A program made the translations under genes and the position numbers. 64,000 nt of DNA from assembly GCF_009914755.1 (NCBI RefSeq), contig NC_060943.1, one strand, 5' to 3'. Position 1 is the stretch's first letter, and every line of letters starts with the position of its first letter. Positions 29,663 through 44,460 of this stretch are shown in pieces. The stretch comes from the human T2T-CHM13v2.0 reference genome, Homo sapiens. The notes under the pieces are model-generated. The model was not told where the DNA came from, did no database searches, and saw nothing but the letters and a program-made list of their open reading frames with translations.

Positions 29663-29711
29663 TGATTAAATTAAAGACTATTAATTTAATCACATTAATG
29701 TAATCAAATCC
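29663..29711. promoter_or_regulatory. Clustered DUX4-type motifs upstream of RFPL4AL1
   Basis: Identical to 19663-19711 at an offset of +10000. Confidence 0.7.
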
Positions 29712-30380
29712 TTTCCCACCTGACCTCCAGTCTCCCACTTTTACATTCTTATCCATGAACTCTGATCACCTATAATATATTTAATACATGAGGAACCCGT
29801 TTTTGAACATTTTTAAAGAGGAAATGAATCTCATTTTACTTATGTTGTGATGTAAGGGAAATAGATTGTAACAGTAACGTTTAACTTTCATTTTAGATGC
29901 TGCAACTACAAAGAAAAACGGACTTTCACTGGCTGACTGATTGTCTGGAAACCGTTTTGGGATTTCTTTCCTAAGCTTCTTAATTAGAATCTTTACATTA
30001 TAGAGAAAATGATTTTGAGAGTTGAGTGTGGTCTGTGGAGTGTCCTAATAGTAACGACTTCTGAGTAGGTTTAACTCACCTCTTTTATTGAAATGTGAAA
30101 AGGTGTGACATTTATAAGAGAAAACTCTTTGAAAGTCGCACCGTTCATTTTAGAGGAATTTTAAATGTCACCCCAAATTTTACGATTTTAATTAATTTTA
30201 ATTAATTTCCAAATTTTAACCAATAGGCATAATATTCAAGATCTTATCTAAAAATTATTACATGGCAATATTTTGTCCTTGTTAATTAAAAAATAACACT
30301 GAAAACACAGTCGTCTTCCTTTAAGGTAAAAACCTGTCCAATAGTAACAATCTCAATGATGGCAGAATGAAATCAGAATC

Positions 30381-30446
30381 TGATTGGATTAAAAAGGAGG
30401 GAAAGGGTGTGGCTAAGGTGGGTGGAGAGACCCTCTCGTATAAAAG
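30381..30446 (+). promoter_or_regulatory. RFPL4AL1 core promoter: DUX4-type motif + TATA box
   Basis: TGATTGGATTA 30381-30391; TATAAAAG 30439-30446. Confidence 0.83.
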
Positions 30447-30469
30447 CCCATGGCAGGCAGCTCTCACTC

Positions 30470-30528
30470 CAGATCTGAGCTGTCCGCAGAAGCAGCTGGA
30501 GGCCAGGGGAGAAACTCCAGAAGGAGAG
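30470..30528 (+). other. RFPL4AL1: RFPL4AL1 5' exon 1 (start approximate)
   Basis: Paralogous to 20470-20528; donor GAG|GTGAGT after 30528. Confidence 0.78.
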
Positions 30529-31620
30529 GTGAGTTCAATCTCTTGGAATTCATTTTTACAAAAGGCGTATGAGAGTCTAGGGGAATGCAATAATGTCTTG
30601 ATTCCACAAGTGTTGTCTGAGGCCAACTCCATGACAGACACACTGTATTTCTGGAGGATAATGGGACCTCTGCCCTGGTAACGGTTAGGCAACTCTTAGA
30701 TTTTCAATACCAAGGCAAGAGACTTGACAATCTCCATTTGCTTGAATTTCATCAGAATTTGGTAGACTTTCTGAAATGATGGACAGAGGTTCGGTGGCTG
30801 CGTTACTCAACGTCAGGTTTTCCTATGGGTTTGGTATTGTTTTCCTATTCTCCCCTTCCCACAACCCCTGGCAACCATCATTCTTCTCTTATTTTCTGAT
30901 TTTTTTTTTTGTTCAGTTTTTTGTTCCTTTTAATTCAGAAGGAGAAAGGGAAGGAAATGAAAAGCAACGTTTGTTTAAATTACTATTGTGGAAAAGATCT
31001 GGCCAGATGCTGGGACCCACCTCTTCCAGGATGGGGATTCATTATTTCTTTAATTGTTTTGAGACAGGGTCTCGCTCTGTCTGCCAGGCTGGAGTGCCGT
31101 GGCTATTTTCTGATTCTATGAGATCAGTCAACTCAGATTCCACATAACTGAGATCATACAGTGTTTACTTCCCTCAGCCTCACTTATTTCACTTCCCATC
31201 ATGCCCTCGGCCTTCATCCACATTGGTGCAATGCCAGAATTGCCTTCTTTTTTATGGTAGAATAATCCAATGTATATATCACCATTTCCTCATCTATTTT
31301 TCTCTCACAGACGCTGGGGTTGTTTCCATGGCTGTTGTGAATAATGCTGCAGAGAACCTAAGAGTGCAGATATCTCTTTGATATGCTGACCTCTTTCTTT
31401 CACATAGAAACACAGAAGTAGGGTTGCTGGAACACAGGCAGTTCTATTCTTCATGTTTTCAGAAACCTCCCTACTATTTTCTGTAGTGGTTGTACCAATT
31501 TTCTTTCCCACCAACCGTGCACAAGGGTTCCCCTTTCTCCACATCCTTACCAACACTTATCTTTTGTCTTTTTGATCATAGCCATCCTAGCAGAGAGGGG
31601 GTAATATCTCATCGCGGTTT

Positions 31621-32201
31621 TATTGCTGGAGGGCTCAGGAGGCTCTCTGGATGCCAGAGAGAACCCAGTCCCAGCCAGTTTCCAGGTTCTGGATGCTGTC
31701 GGGAGAACGAATTCAGGGATGAGCCAGAATGAAGTGAAAGGCAAGAAGTTTCTATTCCAGAGCAAAAGCACAATGTTAGGAGAGAAGTGTGGGCGTGATT
31801 CTGAAAGCTGGTGGCGTTCAAAGGAGTTTGGGGTTTCTATTTTTGCCAGTCCTTCTAATTAGGAGGTGAACTAATCATTAGGTTTTGTAGGAAAAAAGCA
31901 GAGATTTTTTAGAATTGGTGAGGTACCCATTTTTGTACTACATATGGGCATGCTGGGGTCAGCCGTGACACTGCAGAGTGTGTGATTTAGTGTGGTAATG
32001 ACCACGGTCATTACTGTGGCAATGCTTTGAAACAGCTTAACTCCCTCCGGTTTTTTAGCACCTCATGAGCCCAGGTTCCTCCTTGTCCTTGTAATTTTAA
32101 TGACAAGTGGCTAATTTTAAAAGCCACTGTTTTGGTCTCATGTGAAATTGTCACTGGATACGTTCTCGATTCTCTTGCGACCACACAGTATTCCTGCCTC
32201 A
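31621..32201 (-). mobile_element. Duplicated solo ERV1-class LTR in RFPL4AL1 intron 1
   Basis: Paralog of 21619-22198; terminal TG mutated to TA. Confidence 0.72.
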
Positions 32202-33059
32202 GTTTAAATTGCATTTCTCAGATGGTGAGTGAGGTTGAGCTTGTTCCTCAGTACTTGCTGGTCGTTGGTGTGTGCTTTTCAGAGAAATGTCTATTCAGGA
32301 TTCTGCCCATTGGAATTTGGATTATTTTGGCTTTTTTTTTCTTTTTGCTACGGCCTTGAAAATATTCCTTATATATTTTGGATATTAATCCATTGTCATA
32401 TATATGGCTGCTTGTTTGGTTTCTTTTAGTTCTGTTTTTTTTTTTTTTTTTTTTTTTTTTTTCCGCTATGCAGAAGATTCAGTTTTACCTGGTACGACTT
32501 ATTTGTATTTTGTGTCTTGTCCTTTTGGTGTGCTATCAGGGTTTTCACCACATGCAGTTTGCACAGTTGGGGAAGTAGAAGGTCTTCAAATGGACTCCAG
32601 CACTGTCCAATAGAATCTTAAGATAACCCATATATGTAATTGTAAATTCATTTTCTGGTAGTCACATAAAATAGAACAAAACAAGCCTAATGAATTTTAA
32701 CTCAGAATATAATCATTTAAGATGTGAGCAACTTGAAACCTTCTCAAGCAGATAGTTTACATTCTCTTTTCCCCATTACGTCTTCACAAAGAGGAGTGTA
32801 TTTGGCTCACAGCACATCTCCATTCAGATACGCCCCATTTCAGGTCTCAATAGCCATTTGTCACTGGTGGCTACCATATGAAACAGCCCAGGTGTAGACT
32901 CCTTTACTATTTCAACTCAAAGTCTTTCAGTGAATCATGCCCTTTATTCCAATGAGTATTACAGATATTAGAAGTTCAGGGCCTCGAGTCATTGACATTT
33001 GTATTCATGTTGTGTCTTCATCACTAGCAGTAGTGATTTAAAGTATGGTGCCATGATAG

Positions 33060-33518
<459 letters not shown>

Positions 33519-33958
33519 TAAACATAGGCATTAGCAGGATATCTAGCATCTAAAACTTCCATGCTTCACAAACAACAGCAGTTCTCACCTTTGCGTAGAG
33601 ATTTTCATGGAATCTGTGCAAGTTTGTAGAATACTTTGGAGAGCAAGCTACTGTCTTCTTTCATGTATCATATGTGCTAAATGGAAAACTAATTTTCATC
33701 AAATTATCCACTAACTTATTTCAAAAGGCATTTCTAATATGAATAAGGTGGACTTGTTACAATGATCATATTCATGCAACCTATAGATACAATTTAACCT
33801 CATCAGGTGGCCAAACAAGTTTCCCCAGGAAATTTTGATTTGGGAAAGAAAGTAGAATAAAAGTAAAAGTGAATAATGTGTTTAAGTGTTTGCAGTCAAA
33901 GGGCAGAGGGAGTCTGTAGTGTGTGTCTTTGCTGAACTCCTGGTTCTTCTTTGCACAG

Positions 33959-34536
33959 TGGATATGACCTTCGATGTGGACACAGCCAACAACTATCTCA
34001 TCATTTCTGAAGACCTGAGGAGTTTCCGAAGTGGGGATTTGAGCCAGAATAGGAAGGAGCAAGCTGAGAGGTTCGACACTGCCCTGTGCGTCCTGGGCAC
34101 CCCTCGCTTCACTTCCGGCCGCCATTACTGGGAGGTGGACGTGGGCACCAGCCAAGTGTGGGATGTGGGCGTGTGCAAGGAATCTGTGAACCGACAGGGG
34201 AAGATTGAGCTTTCTTCAGAACACGGCTTCTTGACTGTGGGTTGCAGAGAAGGAAAGGTCTTTGCTGCCAGCACTGTGCCTATGACTCCTCTCTGGGTGA
34301 GTCCCCAGTTGCACAGAGTGGGGATTTTCCTGGATGTAGGTATGAGGTCCATTGCCTTTTACAATGTTAGTGATGGGTGCCATATCTACACATTCATCGA
34401 GATTCCTGTTTGCGAGCCATGGCGTCCATTTTTTGCTCATAAACGTGAAAGTCAAGATGATCAGAGCATCCTGAGTATCTGTTCTGTGATCAATCCAGCC
34501 AGTGCCAGTGCCCCAGTTTATTCTGGGGGAAAGTAA
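33959..34536 (+). CDS. RFPL4AL1: RFPL4AL1 coding exon (exon 3): PRY/SPRY domain
   Basis: Acceptor TTTGCACAG| at 33958; 578 nt to TAA. 287-aa product differing from copy 1 at 6 residues. Confidence 0.94.
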
Positions 34537-35327
34537 ATAAACATTTGAACATAATCATCTTTAGGAAGTTTCTGTGCGCCCATAGCCATAGCTAAGAACT
34601 TTTCTGCTAGATACACATAGGTACAAAGGGACAGAAGGGAAAGAGCCATCACTCTGTAAACCATGAACAGAAAGCAATTATATTAATGAGGGGAAAATTA
34701 CATTGTACTTAAAGTTTGTCATGTTGTTTTCTTTGGGGCTTATGTTTATATTTCTGTTCAATAAATATTTTGAAAATTCAGATTCATTTGCCAATCTTTT
34801 CTATTTTCTGCAAGATTAGTGTACTATGTGTTATGGAAGTTATGAACGAAATAATAATTTGAATGTGACCCAACACAGTAACTGAATTTCAAATGATAAG
34901 GACCTATGAATACGGCAAAATTATATATGTTCATGTATTCAGTTTAACCCAATAACTGAACACTGACATTCATTTCAAGTGCACACTGAGTGTTTGCCAC
35001 GAATATGTGTGGTCTTAGAGAGAACTCGTTAGCTTTAAAATTGAAATACAATACACCCTCTCCTATGATGGCAACAGAGTCAAATTGGAAATCAATAACA
35101 GGAAGAAATCCATAAATTCTCCACATATATGCAAATTAAATAACCACTTCTAAATAAAATGATCAAATATGAAATTACAATGGAAATTACAGCTATCCTG
35201 AGTTGAATGAAAAGCACACATTTACAAAATTTCTAGATGCGGTTGAAGCTCAGTGAGAAACTCATAATAGGAAGAAAATATCGTAATCAATCACCTTAAT
35301 TTCTACTTGAACTTACTTCACTAACAG

Positions 35328-35898
35328 CAATTCAATTGTCAGCATTTTGATCAAAACCATCTGACAAGTATCTGGGAAGTTCCAGACATTCTCACATCTT
35401 CCTGTCTTCTTCTGAGCCCTGCAAACGGTTGCAACCTCTGCCCGTTACCCAGTTCCAAAGTCGCTTCCACATTTTCAGGTACCATAGTAGCAGTGCCTCA
35501 CTCCTGGTACCAATATTCTGTAACAGTTCATTCTCACACTGCTCTAAAGAACTACCGGAGACTGGGTAATTTATGAAGAAAAGAGGTTTCATTAATTTAT
35601 AGTTCTGCAGGTCGCACGGGGAACATCACTGGGTGGCCTCGGGAAATTTAACAATCATGGAGGAAGGCAGAGGGGAAGCGAGTGGCTTTTTCACATAGTG
35701 ACAGGAAAGAGAGAAAGAGGAAAGTGCCATACACTTTGAAATCATCAGATCTTGTGAGAACTCACTCACGGTCATGGGAATAGCGCGGAGGAAATCCGTC
35801 CCCGTGATCCAATCATCTCCCACCTGGTCCCTCCCCCAACACTGAGGATGACAATTCAACATGAGATTTGGCTGGGGACACAGAGCCAAACCGTATCA
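35328..35898 (-). mobile_element. Duplicated ERVL-MaLR LTR (35519-35898) plus internal fragment
   Basis: Paralog of 25320-25890. Confidence 0.85.
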
Positions 35899-36619
35899 CT
35901 TGATATGATCCCACAGAATACTATTCATTTTCATTCAGTCTTTTATTTCTTAACAAATGGTGGTAAAGTATATATAATTGACCATCTTAACCATTTTTAA
36001 GTGTAAAATTCAATGGTATTTATGATGTCCATATTATTTTGCCACCATCACTGCCATTCATCTCCAGAAATCTTTTCATCTTCCAAAATTGAAACTATAT
36101 ACCCATCCTAGCCCACTTTTTAATTCACCTATTTGTTGTCTCGCCTGAGTGCCTTATGTATTCTGGATATTAACCCCTTATCGGATGTATGGTTTGCAAA
36201 TATCTTCTCCCACTGTGTAGATTGTCTCTTCAACTTATTGTTTCCTTTGTTGTGCAGCAGCTTTTACATGTGATGCGATCCCACTTGTCTATGTTTGCTT
36301 TTGTTGCCTGTGATTTAGGTGGTTATATCAAAAAACAAGTTTGCCCAGACAAATTTCTTAGATCTTTCCCCCTGTGTTTTGATCTGATAGTTTTACCATT
36401 TCAGGTCTTTCATTTACAATCACCATTTTAATTCCACTCTCTAATTTTATGACTTCAGTGTTTTTAGGTTCCTAGTAAGTTAGGTCATTCGGTATTTATC
36501 GCTTTCTATATGACTTATTCCACTTAGCAAAATGCCCTCAAGTTTCATCCATTTTTTTATGGTGTACGATATTTCATTGTATATATAGCACAATTTCTTG
36601 ATCTATTCTTCTGCCAACA

Positions 36620-37720
<1,101 letters not shown>

Positions 37721-38918
37721 TTTAACTCTTTTATTTTTATTTATTTATTGTTTTAGACGAAGTCTCGCTCTGTCACCAGGCTGGGGTGCAGTGGCATGAT
37801 CTCGCCTTTGCCCATTTCATAATCAGAATGTTAGTTTTAGGGTTTTTTTTTTTCTATTGCGTTATGAGTTCTTTATATATTTTGGATATTAACCTAATAT
37901 CAGATATATAATTTGCAAACATTTTTTTCCATTCTGTAGGCTTTCTTTTCATCGTCTCCCTTGTTTCCTTCACTATGCAGAACATTTTTTGTTTGACATA
38001 GTCCAACTTATTTTTGTTTTTTGTGTAATATAATGCTGTAAGTTTCATGCCACATCCAGGTGGAACAAATACTATGCCACGGGAGTTTTTGAGAAAAGAA
38101 AAGCTTTATGTTAATTCAACTCCCAGGGAGACAGGAGTCCAGCTCTAATCTGTCGTCTCATACTGGCTTCAAATCACCATTTATTAGAAAAGGTTCAGAG
38201 GACCTGGCATGGTGGCACCTGCCTGAAATCCCAGCACTTTGGGCGGCTGAGGCAGGTGGATCATTTGAGGTCAGTAGTAGGAGATCAGCCTGGGCAACAT
38301 AGTGAGACCTCATCTCTCCAAAACACAAAAATTGGCCAGGCTTATTGTGGAGGTTGAGGGTCTCCAGTGCTGTCCAATATAAACATAATGTGATCAACAT
38401 ATGTAAGATAAATTTATTGTCTAATAGCCACATAAATCAAGCAAAATGAAATAAGCCTAAGTAAGTTTAACAAAATATAAGCATTTCACATGTAATACAT
38501 TTTTAAGATTCTCTAACAGATAGTTTACATCTCCCTTAGGTCTTCAAAATTTAGTGTATATTTTATACTCACAACACATCTTCATTTAGATAAGCCCCAT
38601 TTCAGGTGCTCAGTAGCCACATGTGGCTGGTGGCTACCATATTGGATAGCTCAGCTGTAGACCCTTTTGCCACTCAACTCAAAGCCTCATACCAAGCCAT
38701 GGCCTTCATTCTAGCCAGTATTTCCAATATTGGAAGGTCAGGGCCCTGATCATTTATATTTGTACTTATATTGTATCTTCATTTCCTAGTACCAGTGCTT
38801 TACAAAGAGTAGGCGATGATGTCTTCATGCAGGTAAAGATGAAAGTGTCCCAAGAACTATCAGCCATTCCACTCACGTAAAAGCTAATACCATGCCTATT
38901 TACTCCCAGACAGTGGCC

Positions 38919-40232
38919 ATGGCTGAACACTTTAAACAAGCAAGCAGTTGTCCTATCTGCCTGGATTATCTTGAAAACCCCACGCACCTGAAATGTGGAT
39001 ACATCTGTTGCCTCCGATGCATGAACTCACTGCGAAAGGGGCCCGATGGGAAGGGGGTGCTGTGCCCTTTCTGCCCTGTGGTCTCTCAGAAAAATGACAT
39101 CAGGCCCGCTGCCCAGCTGGGGGCGCTGGTGTCCAAGATCAAGGAACTAGAGCCCAAGGTGAGAGCTGTTCTGCAGATGAATCCAAGGATGAGAAAGTTC
39201 CAAGGTAAGGAATCTGTACTACCTGCTCCAAGCCCATAAAGGGCCTTGGAAAAAGCAGCTTTTAAATGTCTTTCCGTTCAATACGGGCATTAGCTGAAGT
39301 CTGCAACCTAAAAGATTTGTGATCCCAAACATCAGCTGTTATCAGCGCACAGTATAGATTTTCACAGGATCTGTACCAATTTATGAGAGCAAACTATCAT
39401 CTCCTCCTTCATCCATCCTATGCACCAAGAGGGAGAAAAACCTTTAATCAAAATATTGAATAACTTAAACAAGAATTTTACTATGAGAAAGGTGGGCTTG
39501 TTGCAATTATATTCATACATTCTATACATAAAATTTGACTTAATCGGGGGGCCAGGGAAATTCCTAAAGAAAGTTCGGATCTGAGAATGAACGTGGAATA
39601 AAAGAAGTGACAATGAATAAAATATTTGGGTCTGTGCAGTAGAAAGGCAGAGGGAGTCTGTAGTGTGTGTCTTTGCTGAACTACCGGTTCTTCTTTGCAC
39701 AGTGGATATGACCTTGGATGTGGACACAGCCAACAACGATCTCATCGTTTCTGAAGACCTGAGGCGTGTCCGATGTGGGAATTTCAGACAGAATAGGAAG
39801 GAGCAAGCTGAGAGGTTCGACACTGCCCTGTGCGTCCTGGGCACCCCTCGCTTCACTTCCGGCCGCCATTACTGGGAGGTGGGCGTGGGCACCAGCCAAG
39901 TGTGGGATGTGGGCGTGTGCAAGGAATCTGTGAACCGACAGGGGAACGTTGTACTCTCTTCAGAACTCGGCTTCTGGACTGTGGGTTTGAGACAAGGACA
40001 GATCTACTTTGCCAGCACTAAGCCTGTGACGGGTCTCTGGGTGAGCTCAGGTCTACACCGAGTGGGGATTTACCTGGATATAAAAACGAGGGCCATTTCC
40101 TTCTATAATGTCAGTGATAGGTCACATATCTTCACATTCACGAAAATTTCTGCTACTGAGCCACTGCGCCCATGTTTTGCTCATGCAGATACAAGTCGTG
40201 ATGATCACGGATACTTGAGTGTGTGTGTGTAA
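38919..40232 (+). pseudogene. RFPL4AP1: Third, divergent RFPL4 copy (RFPL4AP1-like); exons 38919-39204 and 39703-40232; open 271-aa spliced frame
   Basis: MAEHFKQASSCPIC...CPFC...PRMRKFQ|VDMTLDVDTANNDL...GRHYWEV...GYLSVCV*. Splice sites are canonical and at the same positions and phase as RFPL4A. Frameshift only in the C-terminal tail; no exon-1 or promoter homolog seen. Symbol assigned from locus knowledge. Confidence 0.85.
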
Positions 40233-41071
40233 TTAATAATGGCATTGCCAGTTCCCCAATTTATCCTGGGCAAGGCAACTATACACTTGAACACAGAAAA
40301 CATCCACAGTAAGTGGCTGTGTGCTCGTGACCAAAGGCGAGAACTTCTCCGCTTGGTCCACTTATGGTTCAAAGTTATGGAAGAAGAATGTGGGTCTTTC
40401 AAGGAATTCTGAGCTCTACTTGTATTGCTGATGAAAAATTGCATATGAAATATAAAGCAGTGTCATTTTTTGGTAACTCATGCTTATGTTTCTTTCACAA
40501 TAAACGTTTAACATTTTCAGATGAATTTGCAAATGTTTTTCTTTTGCTTTGCTGTAAGATCAAGTAAATGTGTTATGGAGGTTATAAACTATAATAATAT
40601 AAATTGACCCCCAAAATTAATTCACTTACTAAATGACAAGGAAACACTGCCTGTTAAACTGATAAAAGTATCTGCCTGTATTTGTTCAGTTTTACCCAAC
40701 AACTGGAAAACACACATTCATCTCCAGTATACATTGAACATTCGCTAGCATAGACAGATGTGGCCATAAGACAAATCACATTGACATGAAAATTGAAATA
40801 ATATACACGCTGTTCTCAAATGCCAACAGAATTAAATTATAAATCAGTAACAAGAAGAAATCTGTAAAATCTCCACATACATGAAAATTAAACAACCACT
40901 TTAAAATAAAACACAAATCAAAGGTGAACTTATAAAGGAAATTATAAAATACCTTACACTGAGTGAAAGTAAATGCACAATATCACAAAATGTGCAGATG
41001 TAGTTGAGGTTTAGAGGGAAATTTATAGAAATAGACACTTATAAAATCAAGGAAAATACCCTCATCCATGA

Positions 41072-41334
<263 letters not shown>

Positions 41335-42150
41335 TGATCCGCCCGCCTCAGCCTCCCAAAGTGCTGGGATTACAGGAGCAAGCCACCGTGCCCGGCCGGT
41401 CTAGCTTCCATTTTTAAGTGAGCAAATGCAGTGGCAAATTAGGTAAAAAACAAAACAAAACAAAGACTACAGTAGTAGTCAATGAAATAGAAAATGGATA
41501 AATGTTAAATAAAATTTTAAAAATTCAAGACACGTTTTTTCAGGATCAAAGTAGTAAATCTTCAGCTACAGTGAAGGAGTGAGGAAGGGGTGAATTAAAA
41601 CAATGAGTAAGCAAGAGAAAAGGAAGACAGGGCAAAATCAAGAGAGGCAGAGAAAGAAGAGACAGAGCCCATCGTGATGGCTCAAGCCTGTAATCCCAGC
41701 ACTTCGGGAGGCCGAGAAGGGAGGATTGCTTGGACTCAGGAGTTTGAGACCAGCCTAGGCAACAAAGCAAAACCCCATCTCTACAAAAATAATAATAAAA
41801 AAATTAGCTGGGTGTGTTGGTTTGCACCTGTGGTTTCAGCCACTTAGGAGGCTGAGGTGGGAGGATTGCTTGAGCCCCAGGAAGTTGAGGCTGCAGGGAG
41901 CCATGAGCCATGATCATGCCACTGCACTCCAGCCTGGGCTACAGAGTGAGACCCTATCTTCAAAAACAGAAAAGAAAATGTAACATATATACACAATGGA
42001 ATAGTATTATCCATAGAAAAGAAGAAAGTTCTGTCATTTGCATCTACAGAAATGAACCTGGAATACACTATGCTTAGTGAAACATACAGCCACAGAAAGA
42101 GAGATATCACGTGATCTCATTCACTTGGAGAATTTTAAAAAGTGATCTCA

Positions 42151-42468
<318 letters not shown>

Positions 42469-42492
42469 CTAGAGAGCAAAATGGGGTTACCA

Positions 42493-42527
42493 GGGGCCGG
42501 GGCTGGGGCTGGGGCTGGGGCTGGGGC
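42493..42527 (+). repeat. (GGGGCT)n short tandem repeat with G-quadruplex potential
   Basis: Six GGGG runs with 2-nt loops. Confidence 0.8.
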
Positions 42528-44146
42528 AGTGAGGTGGGAGGGTTAGGGAATGGTTGGCCAAGATACACACAATTTCAGCTAGACAGGAGAAATAAATACA
42601 ACATGGCAACAATAGTTAATAATAATATTCTTGAAAAATGCTAAGGGAGGCAATTTTCAGTGTTTTCATAAAAAACATGACAACTTTTCGAGGAAATGCA
42701 TATATTACCTAACTAGATTTACCCGTTTGGTAACGCATCTACATTGCAAAACACCATGACATACACAATCATTACATACAATTATTCTGATAATTTAAAC
42801 AAAACAAGAATCAAACTTTACATGCTCAAGATGTTCCGTTTTACCTCAGTGAGATCTCAAAAAAATTTTTTAATAAAAAATAGTTCTGTTGAAACTCTCT
42901 TGTGAATTTTCCTTTCAGTTGTTGTACTTTATTGCCCCTAAATTGCTCACTGGTTCCTTCTTAAACTTTCTCTTTATTCATGTTCTCTATTTGATGAGGA
43001 GTTATTCCTCTGGTTTATTTTTGTTCTTCTGCCCTTGATTTTCTTGAGTTCTTTGCACATATTTAAGATAATTAATTTAGTATTTGGAGAGGAAGCCCAA
43101 TGTCTTGGCTTGCTCATATGCTATTTTTTCTTACGACTATTATACTGTCTTGTGTGTGTGCCTCATTGTTTTGGTAAGAAAAAGTGGACACTGTGTGTGG
43201 CAAACCCTGGACATCAAATTCTCACCCCTGAGCAGGCTTTCTTGTTGCTGCTGGTTGTGAGTTGGAGTCTTCTGTTTTTGTTTTCATTTTTTGTTTTGTT
43301 TGAACCTTTGTAAACTACTGTGTAAAGGTTTCACTTTCTCCTGTGTGGCCACTGAAGTCTCTGCCTTCTGGTCTACTAACAATTTGATGGAGATTTTTAA
43401 AACATGCCTGAACGCAAACCCAAAATTCTCTCAAGCTCTTTGCCATGGGATCCCTCTAGGGAGCTTAGCCAGGATTTTGATTTTTTTTTTTTTTTTTAGA
43501 CGGAGTCTAGCTCTGTCGCCCAGGCTGGAGGGCAGTGGCGCGATCTCGGCTCACTGCAACCTCCACCTCCCAGGTTCACTAGCCAGGATTTTTACAACTC
43601 TCATTTCAGCCTTCATTTCCTGCTTGCATGGAGCCTCGGGATCATCAGAGGTAAAACATAGGGTTTCTCAGATTTTTATAATCTTGCATGGACATGTATG
43701 ATTGAACTCAATCCTTGGTATACCTCAGTGCTATTCAAAGCCCTTACTATCTCATGTAATTCTCCCCCCAGACTCTTCCTTAATAGGCTTTTCATTCTGT
43801 CATCTGTTTTCCCTGTTATCCCTCACCCAGGCAACTTCAGCAAGTGTATTTGTCTTTAAGTGCTTTTAATGACACTGGCACCCCCCAATAAATCAGCTTC
43901 AGTCTGTGTAGATCTAAAAAGGGTGAAATAAAGGCAAGCCCTTGAGCCAACCCTTCAAGGAACCACTAAGATAGATGGAGGCACACAACCACAATTCTTT
44001 GAGAACAAAGATTCTTCATCCTGTGGCATCAGCGTGCTGGCCTGGGAATGAGGGACTCCATGTTCTCAGCAGCCATCAAGCTGCAGAGTGGGGAAGAGTA
44101 GGTGGGTGAGTCAAATTACCACAACTCAGCTGGGTGCAGTGGCTCA

Positions 44147-44460
<314 letters not shown>

